Assembly: GCA_965223295.1 (NCBI GenBank)
Contig: CBDCWC010000003.1
Location: 736,001 to 800,000 of the forward strand
Direction: 5' to 3'
DNA length: 64,000 bases
Origin: Nitrospirales bacterium
GTDB taxonomy: Bacteria > Nitrospirota > Nitrospiria > Nitrospirales > UBA8639
Shown here: piece by piece, positions 20,808-30,835 of the stretch
Layout: each line of letters opens with the position of its first letter
Numbering within the stretch: the stretch's first letter is position 1
The notes under the pieces: generated by a model
Databases searched by the model: none
What the model was told of the DNA's origin: nothing
Seen by the model: the letters and a program-made list of their open reading frames with translations, nothing else
Program-made: the position numbers and the translations under genes

Positions 20808-21260
20808 TTATTGGGCCAATTGAAAAACGGAAGGCCGCCTCATACTGAACTGTCCGCCTGCCTGAAGTGGCTCACGATCTTTGCCAATACGGGTATACCA
20901 CCATTTCCCTTGGGCCACCGGGGAACCCTCTGAAAAAGTGAGTGTAAACCCGCCTTCACGGTCATTTCCCTCCTGCACCCAGATACCACGCCACACACCA
21001 TTGCGCAAAGACTGGGTTTCAAACCGGCCTTTTTCCCATTCATATGTGCCTTTACCCTCATCGTCAAAAATGATGGTATAGATACCCGTTTTATCCACAT
21101 ATTCCCATGGCCCGGCTAAATCCTGAATCATATGCGGGAGGGAGAACCTGCTTTGACGATTGCTCGAATTCTGAGAAACATCATGAGAAATTGCCGTACA
21201 GCCAACAACTGCTAACATCCAGCAAGTCATCAACCATTGAGCTTTACCATTTGTACCCAT
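20808..21260 (-). CDS. Hypothetical lipoprotein (beta-barrel-like)
   Basis: Lipobox VVGC; Trp/Gly-rich beta strands (GIWVQEGNDREGGF). Confidence 0.65.
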   Translation of the reverse strand: MGTNGKAQWLMTCWMLAVVGCTAISHDVSQNSSNRQSRFSLPHMIQDLAGPWEYVDKTGIYTIIFDDEGKGTYEWEKGRFETQSLRNGVWRGIWVQEGNDREGGFTLTFSEGSPVAQGKWWYTRIGKDREPLQAGGQFSMRRPSVFQLAQ

Positions 21261-21401
21261 AAGACTCTCTGCGAACTAATTCCTAGAAACTTTGAGTGCA
21301 GCCTCTCCAGCAGTCTTTTGAAAAAACCAAAAACTCTTGACCTAAAAGCTCCAGGATGAATCTCATGATTGTATCAAATGCAACCGAAAGAGGAAGGGAA
21401 T

Positions 21402-22721
21402 ATGTTTTCTTCTATCTGGAAATCTGCGGTTCCCGAAGGAAAAATCCTGGCACTTAAACCGGAAGTTCCCATTCTGATTTGCCAGCAATGCCATGCCGTG
21501 AGGCATGAGGGAGACACCTGTCCCAACTGTGGGACCCTCTATCCTCTACTAGACCAAGACCTACCAGACCCCTCGAAGGCAACGCTGCAAGAATCCGGGC
21601 TCGCGCCAACATCTGATAACAATGGCTCTGCAAGACCGCTACAACATGAATCACACTCATTCTTTTCGCGAAGGTACCATCCAATTTTTTGGGGTCGTGG
21701 ACAAACCCTCTTGGGGATCTTTATCGTCAATACCTTTTATACGCTCCTCACCTTAGGGATGTATTCATTCTGGGGCCGCGTCCGTATTCGTCAGTATCTA
21801 AATAGTCAAACCAGCTTAGCCAAAATCAGATTTTCCTATCATGGGACTGGAATGGAGTTACTGAAAGGGGCCACTAAAGCCTTAGTCATCTTTGGCATCC
21901 CCTATGCTTTTCTCAGCTTTGTGCCCATCATCTGGGAACACATTCCATCTTGGATTCCCAATACCTTGGCAGGCTGTATGGTCCTCTGCTTTGTGCCCAT
22001 TGCTGTGGTGGGTTCACATCGCTACCGCCTCAGTCGCACTGCGTTTGGAACCATTCGCTTTTCGTTTCGTGGCCGTGTGAAGCGATATATGAAGATCTGG
22101 TTCACGGGAACCTTCCTAACGCTCTTAACGGCAGGGGTCTATTATCCATTTTTCGAACATGCGCGCCGGGAATTTCTCGTCTCGCATACCTACCTTGGCA
22201 ATCGCTCGTTTACCTATGAAGGAAATGGGATAGCCTTGCTGTGGATTTACGCAAAAACGCTGGGACTTGTTTGTTTGATTGTGACCGGATTGATAGCAGT
22301 CGCCGCCAAACCGGACATGCTCACCAGCATTATCCATTGGGGGCAGGAAGAATGGAGTGCGGTTTTTGTGAATCCCATATTCCTCACTGGTTTGCTAACG
22401 TTATTTTTACCTTGGTTTTATCTTCAAGCCACAAAACAAAAGTATTTCTGGAACCATTCGACATTCGATACGGCCCCATTCAAATTTACTGCCTCGACTT
22501 GGAATCTCCTTGAATTACACGTGACCAACTTTCTGATGCTCATTCTTACATTCGGCTTAGCCTGGCCTTGGGTTCAAGTTCGGAACCTTCAATATTTGTA
22601 CTATTATCTTGGACTGCAAGGCCCATTAGACCTGCAAGACATCGAGCAAGACGCACTGGACGCATCCCCCACAGGAGAAGAACTGGCCGGATATTTTGAC
22701 GCGGGATTTGATTTAGGATAA
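21402..22721 (+). CDS. YjgN/DUF898 family membrane protein with N-terminal zinc ribbon
   Basis: CQQC/CPNC; repeated TLLTLG.Y..W motifs; RFSYHGTG.EL. Confidence 0.87.
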   Translation: MFSSIWKSAVPEGKILALKPEVPILICQQCHAVRHEGDTCPNCGTLYPLLDQDLPDPSKATLQESGLAPTSDNNGSARPLQHESHSFFSRRYHPIFWGRGQTLLGIFIVNTFYTLLTLGMYSFWGRVRIRQYLNSQTSLAKIRFSYHGTGMELLKGATKALVIFGIPYAFLSFVPIIWEHIPSWIPNTLAGCMVLCFVPIAVVGSHRYRLSRTAFGTIRFSFRGRVKRYMKIWFTGTFLTLLTAGVYYPFFEHARREFLVSHTYLGNRSFTYEGNGIALLWIYAKTLGLVCLIVTGLIAVAAKPDMLTSIIHWGQEEWSAVFVNPIFLTGLLTLFLPWFYLQATKQKYFWNHSTFDTAPFKFTASTWNLLELHVTNFLMLILTFGLAWPWVQVRNLQYLYYYLGLQGPLDLQDIEQDALDASPTGEELAGYFDAGFDLG

Positions 22722-22795
22722 CTGAGCGAGCCCTGTCTCCTCACCACTACTTCCTGCTTCTTCCTTTCCACTTCTCCCTTTTGACGATTCTGTAA

Positions 22796-23920
22796 ATGGC
22801 TACTCAAACCCATTGGAAGGGCTCTTATTACGACGGGCAATCACTCGTCCCTCAACACACGTCCATTTCCGTCGAACCTACGGGACTCACTCTGCATCTT
22901 TCATCCAGCGCCTCTCATTTTTGGCCCTATTCTGAGCTTCGCCAGACACAAGGCCGGTACTCCGGAGAAGAAGTCCGTCTAGAGAGAGGAACAGGCATTG
23001 GCGAAACACTCGTAATCCCCAATGCCAATATACTCTTGGCCATTCATCGAGTCGGGGGGAAGGATGCCTCTCATTTCCATCATCCTAGCACACGCCGCAA
23101 GCGGGTCTACTGGACGATCGCAGCAGCCCTCGCTGCACTGCCAATCATTTATGTCATTTTTACTTGGGGAGTTCCCTCCTTAGCAAAACCTATCACCGCA
23201 GCCATTCCCATCTCCTGGGAAACACAATTAGGCCAATTTGTCCAGGAAGAATTTACCGATGAAGAACCGCTCTGCGAGAATCCAAAGTTGGCCGACACTT
23301 TGGACGTTATGATGACAAGACTCATGACTCCCTTAGAGACAATCCCATATTCGTTTCATCTCACTGTGGTTGATAGTTCAATGGTGAATGCCATGGCGGC
23401 TCCAGGCGGGTATCTCGTTCTGTTTCGAGGACTGCTTCAAGATACTGAAAGCCCGGAGGAATTAGCTGGAGTCTTGGCACATGAAATACAACATGTCATG
23501 TTGCGGCATAGCATGCACCTCATCGTCCGACATGTGTCCATGGCTTTTGTGATTGCCGCACTCAGCGGCGATGCCAGCGGGATGCTCTCATACGGTTTAC
23601 AAGCCGCCCAAACACTACAAACTCTGGCGTATGGTCGAGAGGCAGAGAACGAAGCCGATGAACAAGGCTTAGAACTACTTCAAAGGGCAGGAATTGATCC
23701 AAGTGGGATGATTGCGTTTTTTGACAAACTCAGCCAAGAACAAGAAGAGACCTCACCCTTTCAATACTTCTCTACGCATCCTCCAACCACTGAACGCCGT
23801 GACCATCTTCAAGAGTTAGCTTCTGCTCATTCCGTTCCCTATCAGAAATTTCCATTTGGACAAGACTGGGAAACAATCCGCGACCTCTGCAATGCTGAAC
23901 TTGGAGGAAGTAAAAAGTAA
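22796..23920 (+). CDS. M48 family metallopeptidase
   Basis: NAMAAPGG, GVLAHEIQH (HExxH), REAENEAD, STHP; typical partner of DUF898. Confidence 0.9.
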   Translation: MATQTHWKGSYYDGQSLVPQHTSISVEPTGLTLHLSSSASHFWPYSELRQTQGRYSGEEVRLERGTGIGETLVIPNANILLAIHRVGGKDASHFHHPSTRRKRVYWTIAAALAALPIIYVIFTWGVPSLAKPITAAIPISWETQLGQFVQEEFTDEEPLCENPKLADTLDVMMTRLMTPLETIPYSFHLTVVDSSMVNAMAAPGGYLVLFRGLLQDTESPEELAGVLAHEIQHVMLRHSMHLIVRHVSMAFVIAALSGDASGMLSYGLQAAQTLQTLAYGREAENEADEQGLELLQRAGIDPSGMIAFFDKLSQEQEETSPFQYFSTHPPTTERRDHLQELASAHSVPYQKFPFGQDWETIRDLCNAELGGSKK

Positions 23921-24029
23921 GAAGTGGAATGAAAAAGATCCTGCAAAGACATTTTGGGCGAAGCCTATATGTTCAACATCAATCATTCTCGACAGTTTTT
24001 ATCCGGAACCCATCTTTGCACAAAGATAT

Positions 24030-24124
24030 GGGCACCTCTAAAAACTGAAGTTTTTTCTGAGGGCAAGGAAGCGGCGCGCGGCTGACGCCGCCATCGGGAA
24101 AAAGAACAGTTTTTAGAGGTGCCC
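24030..24124. mobile_element. MITE family B, 95 bp with perfect 18-bp TIRs
   Basis: GGGCACCTCTAAAAACTG ... CAGTTTTTAGAGGTGCCC, flanked by ATAT on both sides. Confidence 0.8.
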
Positions 24125-24154
24125 ATATGTCAAAAAAACTTCTAGAATCGCCTT

Positions 24155-24439
24155 CTACTTCTTTCGAAACGAAATATGCTCTTTATACTCTTCAATCGCT
24201 GCCCCTAAGGACTTCGCCCCTAACGGAATATTAGCTTCTAAGGCATCTTCGACTTCCGGATCATCGATCAACACTTCATAACACTCGTGCTGATTAGTCA
24301 GCACCATGCCCTTCTCAACTTGCCGGGGCATATAAATCTCCGTCCATACTTCTTTCTCCACTAAGCACACATCCCGAAACCGTTCATACAACAGCGCTTT
24401 ACGTTCTTCATCAGAAATAATTAGCGGGTTATTTTCCAT
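24155..24439 (-). CDS. Hypothetical acidic protein
   Basis: ATG with GAGGA RBS; 94 aa with natural composition. Confidence 0.65.
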   Translation of the reverse strand: MENNPLIISDEERKALLYERFRDVCLVEKEVWTEIYMPRQVEKGMVLTNQHECYEVLIDDPEVEDALEANIPLGAKSLGAAIEEYKEHISFRKK

Positions 24440-24586
24440 ATCCTCTGCTCCTTCATTGATGTCGCAAAAATACAAAGGGACCGCGTCTCATCATTTTTTC
24501 ACATTGCCAAACGATCATTCAAACGATGAGTTCTCAACTCCTACCATTTTAGTGTTGATCAAAATTTCAATTCTGCAAACCAAGCA

Positions 24587-25021
24587 CTACTCTAATGGAT
24601 TCTTCACCGTCAGGCCTTTAAACTTTCGAAAGTCGGTATCGTTGCTATAAAGAACGTTCACCGCATATTGATGCAGCAATGCCACCAAATGAGCATCCGG
24701 CACCAAATTGCCCCGCACAGGAATCCCTTGAGTCACCTCCTCGTAGCAGGACAGAAATCCCTCCCCTTCCGAAAGCGTTCGCACCTGGGCGAGGCTCAAA
24801 AACATGTTGAGATTGCTCAAAGCTTTAGTCGGTGACAAAGGATAGGTGAAAATTCGAGGATGTGTCGCGATGCGACGATAGGACATCAGTGTGGAACACG
24901 TCACATAACATAATTCCGAGTCCGTGGCACATTTCTGCAAAAATGCTCCTACCATATCATGAAAAGGACTGGAACAATCGGAGGCCTAGAGAAACAGATT
25001 CACATCGAGGGAATAACTCAC
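24587..25021 (-). pseudogene. vapC: VapC (PIN) toxin with an in-frame amber stop at codon 12
   Basis: GTG start overlaps the antitoxin stop; reads MSYSLDVNLFL*ASDCSSPFH...RIATHPRIF...GNLVPDAHLVALL...YSNDTDFRKF; TAG at 24988-24986. Confidence 0.85.
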
Positions 25022-25263
25022 GGTAACGGCTCATCTAACACCGCATAGACCGCATCTTTATCCGCAAGATCGACTCGAGCCTGCATGGGTCGAGAAACCC
25101 AAGTCCAAGTCAAATCAGGATCGGGTTGGGGCCGTTTCCGTTGTACCAGGGCTTCTGCCAATAATTGAGAGACAAGCTGTCCCAGCGAACGATGTTCCTG
25201 TTTTTGAAGGTTTTTAAGTTCCTCAAGGATAGGCGTATCAATATCAAGAGTTGCTCTAGCCAT
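25018..25263 (-). CDS. VapB-type (RHH) antitoxin
   Basis: MARATLDIDTPILEELK...SLGQLVSQLL; upstream of the PIN gene with GTGA overlap. Confidence 0.8.
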   Translation of the reverse strand: MARATLDIDTPILEELKNLQKQEHRSLGQLVSQLLAEALVQRKRPQPDPDLTWTWVSRPMQARVDLADKDAVYAVLDEPLP

Positions 25264-25272
25264 GATGCGTTG

Positions 25273-25301
25273 ATGCTAAAATAGCATACATCAGATGTCA
25301 A
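25273..25301 (-). promoter_or_regulatory. TA promoter with palindromic operators
   Basis: Minus strand TTGACA-N17-TAGCAT, 9 nt before ATG; palindromes ACATCTGATGT and ATGCTATTTTAGCAT overlap it. Confidence 0.6.
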
Positions 25302-25336
25302 TTTTATGTGTCGGCCGTCCCTATTCTTTCCCATAG

Positions 25337-25517
25337 GGATCTGTTGAAAAAAGCCGCCAGCGGCGTTCTCGCCATTTTTCCGTGCTCACGTAGTACCAGG
25401 ACGCTCCGCGCGCAAAAACGGCTGCGGCCTTGCTGGACCGATTTTTTGAACAGCTCCGAGGCTTTCGGCTTCCTAAAGAATATATGGCCTTTAATATCTT
25501 CATTATTCAACACTTCC
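25337..25517 (+). mobile_element. MITE family A, copy 3
   Basis: Same core; ends GGATCTGTTGAA / TTCAACACTTCC; flanks CATAG/TATAG (4 of 5 match). Confidence 0.85.
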
Positions 25518-25533
25518 TATAGAGACAGGAATT

Positions 25534-26172
25534 TTATTTGCCAAAGACTTCAACCCAAGGATCCTTTCCAAGAACCCACAAATAAAAAAACGTCCCCAGC
25601 CATCCATGATACAGACCTAACGGCCATAAATTCCGATCACGCAGATAGCATGGGATAAATAAACAGGCCATGATTGCAGTTGCCACCATCAACATCCATC
25701 CATCGGGATAATGCACCACAGAAAAGAGAACAACCCCAACCGGCAGCGCTACTATCCAACCCTGACTTGGAAAGATTGCCTTAAGATTGGCCACACCAAG
25801 CGCCTGCACCAAAAATTGTTGAAGGATTCCCCATAGAGGATAGAGCAGCAAGAGCACAAGCATATGTTGTGGCCACAGAACGCGACCATGGGCCCACCCA
25901 TACCACGCCATCAGACTGACCCCCAAGACAAACATCACCGTGGGCCAGAAAAACGCAGACGAAAGATTGTCAGTCCGAAACCCCCAACACACCCACAGAC
26001 TTGAATCCTGCCGCACCCGCCAGTTTACATAGCCAATCCAACTGAGGCTCGCCGCCCCAATAAACAGTCCCTTGGCCCCAAAACTCTGAAACACCAAAAA
26101 GCAACCACCCGTCGCGGCCACCGCCGCCACTTCAAGCCACCGTAGCTGATCTCTCTGAAGTTGCCCAACCAT
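25534..26172 (-). CDS. CPBP/Abi family intramembrane protease-like protein
   Basis: Multi-TM; FSVVHYP and RNLWPLGLYHGW motifs. Confidence 0.7.
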   Translation of the reverse strand: MVGQLQRDQLRWLEVAAVAATGGCFLVFQSFGAKGLFIGAASLSWIGYVNWRVRQDSSLWVCWGFRTDNLSSAFFWPTVMFVLGVSLMAWYGWAHGRVLWPQHMLVLLLLYPLWGILQQFLVQALGVANLKAIFPSQGWIVALPVGVVLFSVVHYPDGWMLMVATAIMACLFIPCYLRDRNLWPLGLYHGWLGTFFYLWVLGKDPWVEVFGK

Positions 26173-26409
26173 GGATATCCCAGCTTCTTCTTAAATCTAA
26201 AAGTATAGCAAGGTTTTCTCAGACATTCCGACTGACCAAGAACTTCACACAAAAAAAGGGCGCCAAACTTAGGGCCCTTTCACCGCTTCTACATCCAAGC
26301 CTAACCGACCGAGCTAGATTACCATTTAAAGTTCTTGCATGAGACTTCTACTGTTGCCAACCGGGCCTGGTTTGTCAGCCAGACCCGGTCCACACACAAG
26401 GACAAATCA

Positions 26410-27081
26410 TTATTCCGTCATACAGACATCATCGATGAGAAGTTGGCTGCTTCGCCCAAATGAAAAACTTCCGATGCCTCTATTCGGCAACGCGGGAATG
26501 ACAGGATCAGAGCTCAGCGTCACCATACCACGGACCCAGTAAGAGTTATCTCTCGGATCCACAACCCCACCGACCGCAATTCGTACTCGCCCTCCGGCTG
26601 GAGGAGGATTACCAAGATACTCTCCATCCAAAGTAGACAATTGTCCTCTCCAAATGCGCCGTTGTCCATTGACGCTAAAATTCCATAATTGTTGATCAGC
26701 GATCCCGGTGTTTTCGGCGAACTTCATGGTCACAGACGACATTCGAGTGTTTGGCACAACTTCAATGGTTATTCCGCCGTAATTCTTCAATGAGGGGGTT
26801 TCCCCCTGCCTAGGAATGGGGACATTCCTATAAGTCTGTACCCCATTTTCGCTCGGTTGCATCGGATCACCATTTTCATTAAACACTTTTAGAAGGTTAA
26901 TATCCCCGTGCTGTGTGGAGATCGTCTGCCCTTCCTCGTAGACCTCATCCGGCAGATTACTGAAATCGTAGCAGTATGTCTCCGCGTGGCTCACCGCACT
27001 ACTAAGAGCTAAGACCATAGCTCCCATAACGGCCACCCTAGGACTCATGCTGGTTGTTTGTTTTTGACTAAAGCTTTTCAT
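26410..27081 (-). CDS. Secreted hypothetical protein (beta-sandwich-like, Cys near both mature termini)
   Basis: GGAGG RBS; signal peptide ...VSHA-E; YCYDF...LIDDVCMTE. Confidence 0.7.
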   Translation of the reverse strand: MKSFSQKQTTSMSPRVAVMGAMVLALSSAVSHAETYCYDFSNLPDEVYEEGQTISTQHGDINLLKVFNENGDPMQPSENGVQTYRNVPIPRQGETPSLKNYGGITIEVVPNTRMSSVTMKFAENTGIADQQLWNFSVNGQRRIWRGQLSTLDGEYLGNPPPAGGRVRIAVGGVVDPRDNSYWVRGMVTLSSDPVIPALPNRGIGSFSFGRSSQLLIDDVCMTE

Positions 27082-27225
27082 GATAGAACCTCCTTGTCTT
27101 CCTTGCCCTATGGTCATCAGTCGCCAGACTCCGAGCAAGGTCTAGTGCCTAGCGACTCGTGAATGAAGAGAGCATGAGAAAACTCTTTTTGTACTCAGTC
27201 AGTCTTTGTAGAGTTTTTCCAAATC

Positions 27226-27690
27226 TCAGTTTTTAATATTAATTTGAATAGTCTCACCAGATTTAAGCTTCACAGCATCGCGCCGAACCCATTTCTTGCT
27301 TGATCCGTCCAAGTACCGGATCCTGAAGTCAACCTTTCCAGTCCAACAAGGCAATTTCAGCTCAACACCCTGCTTCGAGTGAGACGCTGATCCCGAATCT
27401 TTTGGATCTAAGACTGTATCGATCATTCCTTTCATTGGTCCCCACACATTCAGGCCAGATTTACTGGCTCCACTATCTGAAGCATCTATTGCGACTGCGT
27501 TCTTAGTGTGGTTATTAAGCCGAACATTCAGGTCGCACCCTGGACCTGCACTAGCTTGCCCAGCAAAGGTCATGCTGGCACACAAGGACAAACTTAACAG
27601 ACCTAAAACTTGCCACCTTCGAGATCTCCTTGTGCAACTCGAAAGCTGAAGGCTTTTTGAACCTGATAGATGTTGAATTAATGAACTCAT
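27226..27690 (-). CDS. Secreted hypothetical protein
   Basis: GGAGG RBS; signal ...QASA-G; small mature domain with 2 Cys. Confidence 0.65.
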   Translation of the reverse strand: MSSLIQHLSGSKSLQLSSCTRRSRRWQVLGLLSLSLCASMTFAGQASAGPGCDLNVRLNNHTKNAVAIDASDSGASKSGLNVWGPMKGMIDTVLDPKDSGSASHSKQGVELKLPCWTGKVDFRIRYLDGSSKKWVRRDAVKLKSGETIQINIKN

Positions 27691-27890
27691 GACAGCACCT
27701 CCATATATCTGTCCGATTATTTGTAAAACTTGATGAGGCGTCGGACAGAAAACACGCACCATCAATTCATCATGTACATTTCAAAAAACTTTTTGAAAGA
27801 ACCATGATTGGTATTGCTATTACTCACAATATTCGCAATACCCTTTCTCTAAATTCACTCTAGATACCAAGAGATAGCAACATAAGAGAT

Positions 27891-27906
27891 AGCAACATGG
27901 ATGCCG
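27891..27906 (-). promoter_or_regulatory. sigma54 (-24/-12) promoter
   Basis: Minus strand CGGCATCCATGTTGCT = GG-N10-GC, about 200 bp upstream of the 27690 ATG; bEBP gene adjacent. Confidence 0.65.
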
Positions 27907-28253
27907 TCATGAGCCTCCTCACGTACAAGAGGACCCAAAGAGTTTGAACCTATTAATTTTTAAGAAAATTTAGAGAAAGTTGGGGAAAAGAAAAGGAACA
28001 GATCAGCACGTTGATCGACCTATTTCGTGACAACGCGATCAATCAGGAGGTGCCTCAATTTGAGACAGTCAAAGCCCAACAGCTAATTAATCAGGAAGTG
28101 GAAATGTGAGATAATGAAAAGCCTGACAACAAGCCTGATTAATTCGAATAGTTGGACATGAAATTAGGACCGGACTCCAGGCGAACCTAGGAAACCCACG
28201 TGAGAACGCATGGACTTCAGACGACATCCATGAATGTTCAGAGGACAGGACAT

Positions 28254-29675
28254 TTAGCTTGATCGGGTTGGGGATATACCAAGTCGCTTCATGACCCGCA
28301 TAAGAAATGAACGATGGATCTGCAACATTTCAGCAGCCTTGGTCTGATTCCAACCAGTTTGCGTCAGTGCTTGGATAATTAAAAACCGGCTGTGATTATC
28401 AAGAGACCTTTTAAACGCTGGAAGATGATCATCGTGATCCGAACGGAGCTCTTTCTCGTGACGAGTCCCACTCTCCAGCCGTAAATTCTCTGCCGTAATC
28501 ATCGCATCGGAACTTAAGATGACGGCTCGAGCGAGCACACTTTCCAGTTCTCGAATATTGCCAGGCCAATGATAGTGCATCATGGCCTCGAGCGCATCAG
28601 ACGTTAACTCCTTGCCTGGCCTTTTGGTATGACGACACTGTCGAATAACAAAATACTTCGACAGCTCTGGAAGGTCTGCCAGTCGTTCGCGAAGTGGGGG
28701 AAGCGTAATAGGGAAAATATTCAGCCGAAAGAAAAGATCCTCTCGAAAGGCCCCGTTCGCGATACCTTTCTGTAAATCTTTGTTCGTCGCCGCAATGAAT
28801 CGCACATGAACCCGAATCGCCTTCGTCCCGCCAACGCGATGAAACTCTTGATCTTGAAGAAGTCTGAGCAATCTTCCTTGAAGCTGATATGGCATATCTC
28901 CAATCTCATCAAGAAAGACGGTGCCACCATCCGCAGCCTCAATCTTGCCTTCCTTCATTTCTGTTGCTCCGGTAAAGGCTCCTTTCTCATGACCAAACAG
29001 TTCATTTTCTAAGAGCGTTTCAGTAAAGGCGGAGCAATTCACTGCCATAAACGGACCATCACCTTGGGTACTCCAACGGTGAATAGACCGCGCCAGAATA
29101 TCTTTCCCTGTCCCGGTTTCCCCTAGTAACAATACCGTTTCTTGTGAGCGAGAAACTTGTTCGGCCATCGCTAAGGCTTCTTTCATCATTGCGCTATTAC
29201 CAATAATTTTGGCATATCGATGGTTGACTTCTTGTCGAAGATACTTGACCTCTTTCGATAGCGCCGTCCGCTCAAGGACGCGTTGCATTACCAACTCGAA
29301 ATGATCAAAATCAAACGGTTTCGTCACAAAATCATAGGCCCCGCATTTCATCGCTTCTACGGCATAGTCGACAGACCCGTATGCGGTCATCACGATGACA
29401 AAGGGTTGAACCAATTGGTATCCTGAAGATGGGATACACGTTGCGTCCATCGGCGAACTCGCCCGCTCACCCAACCGCCGCAACACCTCAATTCCACTGA
29501 ACTTGGGTAATTCAAGGTCTAACAACACAACATCTGGAGATTCTTGTTGAATTTTCTGAAGGGCCTGTTCTCCATCCTTAGCCGAGATGGACTCATACCC
29601 CTGCATCTCCAAGCGATTTTGCAACAGAGTCCTCGTATCAGCGTCGTCATCGACCACAAGCACTTTCGCTTTCAA
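28254..29675 (-). CDS. sigma54-dependent response regulator (NtrC/AtoC family: REC-AAA+-HTH)
   Basis: VLVVDDD, LLDLELP, GETGTGKD, ELFGHEKGAFTGA, FLDEIG, WPGNIREL, Fis HTH; TTG start with AGGAG. Confidence 0.94.
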   Translation of the reverse strand: MKAKVLVVDDDADTRTLLQNRLEMQGYESISAKDGEQALQKIQQESPDVVLLDLELPKFSGIEVLRRLGERASSPMDATCIPSSGYQLVQPFVIVMTAYGSVDYAVEAMKCGAYDFVTKPFDFDHFELVMQRVLERTALSKEVKYLRQEVNHRYAKIIGNSAMMKEALAMAEQVSRSQETVLLLGETGTGKDILARSIHRWSTQGDGPFMAVNCSAFTETLLENELFGHEKGAFTGATEMKEGKIEAADGGTVFLDEIGDMPYQLQGRLLRLLQDQEFHRVGGTKAIRVHVRFIAATNKDLQKGIANGAFREDLFFRLNIFPITLPPLRERLADLPELSKYFVIRQCRHTKRPGKELTSDALEAMMHYHWPGNIRELESVLARAVILSSDAMITAENLRLESGTRHEKELRSDHDDHLPAFKRSLDNHSRFLIIQALTQTGWNQTKAAEMLQIHRSFLMRVMKRLGISPTRSS

Positions 29676-29879
29676 TGTGTCTCCTTCATCGGGGATATTG
29701 ATCGTATGTCGGAATATAGATTAGTACTCACCTACAAATCTCTAGAGTCAGATGCTGATGGAACATACAAAACTTGAGTCTATGCCAGGAGCCTAACCCT
29801 TCAGGCCAACGTCTAAGAACAAAATCGCGAGGTACTCGTCTTCCTCCAATACCCCATCTCACTCTTGGGCTTCTTCTCT

Positions 29880-30472
29880 TCAAGCACTAACGGGGAGAAA
29901 GAAAGCCAGAAACCGCTGGCGTTTTGGACAATCAAATATGAGGCCCTCGTCATGATGCACGCCGTCGTCGCCCATAAGACCGTGATGATTCCCCTGATTC
30001 ATATGAATACCATGCATCCCCTGGATTCCCGCAGTCCCCCACCATCCAGAAAAGGTTCTCCAAACACGTAGACCGTAGCCTGAGCGCCTGCACTGATCGC
30101 GGTCTGCACGTAGCTCGCCTGTATGTCCTGCAGATCGTTATCTTGGCCAGGCAGATGATGAGACAGTGCGATGACATGTGCTGGGTCAAAAAGATTTCCT
30201 CGAATATAGTCAAGGCCTCGTCGGTCAGATTCTGGTAACCGCGTATAGCCCTATTGGAGCGCGGGCAAACTCGACGTGATCGGGTGGCGAAAATCAGGAT
30301 CCACCACATAGACTAATTCAGATGGTGAAATTTTTGAACGCACATTGACGGGTATCCGAAAACGAGTTCCCTGAGCTTACACAAAGAGTTGAAAGTGGAG
30401 CGTGGGATCATGATCTTCACGCTGAAAATCCACCGCCTGCGCTTTTACGACTCCATACCGTTTTATGGCCAT
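29880..30472 (-). pseudogene. DUF2278 (YukJ-like) family pseudogene
   Basis: MAIKRYGVVKAQ...FV*AQGTRFRIPVNVRS...DFRHPIT...Q*GY...GLDYIRGNLFD...DNDL...YVFGE, frameshift, then GMHGIHMNQGN...DDGVHHDEGLIF; two internal stops and one frameshift. Confidence 0.75.
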
Positions 30473-30835
30473 TAGTGATTCCCCCTGCCTAGGTTTCGCA
30501 CTGTGTGAATAGAGATTCTCCATCCTTAGAGTTGAATGGTAATTTCCGATCACAGAACCGCCATTTCACTTATTCGTTCCCAAAACAAGCAGGAAACGTT
30601 CCATTAAATTGGCCAAGACCATCAAAATATTCAAGGTGCGTAAACTCTGGAAAATCCAAACATTTCCCACAGGAGGAGGAAACCAGGCGAGGTAATGCGA
30701 GGCAGTGTTGACGTATCTAAAAGGATACCACGCCTAACCAATTAGATACGAAAAGGGATAGATTCCCGTGAAAAGATTTCAGGGATGGCAAGAAAGGAAG
30801 AAGGATTGCTTTCGGATATGTCCGGATGGGACTGC

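Noticed and set aside
24986-24988. TAG in vapC as pyrrolysine or recoding
   Set aside because: TAG is used as a normal stop by many genes here; the position corresponds to a conserved Tyr, so a nonsense mutation is simpler
26491-26502. CGCGGGAATGAC match to the dRS3-like repeat in a secreted-protein gene
   Set aside because: Only 12 bp with no palindromic partner; probably chance
29771-29790. TGGCA element upstream of the NtrC-type gene as a sigma54 promoter
   Set aside because: No GC at the -12 position
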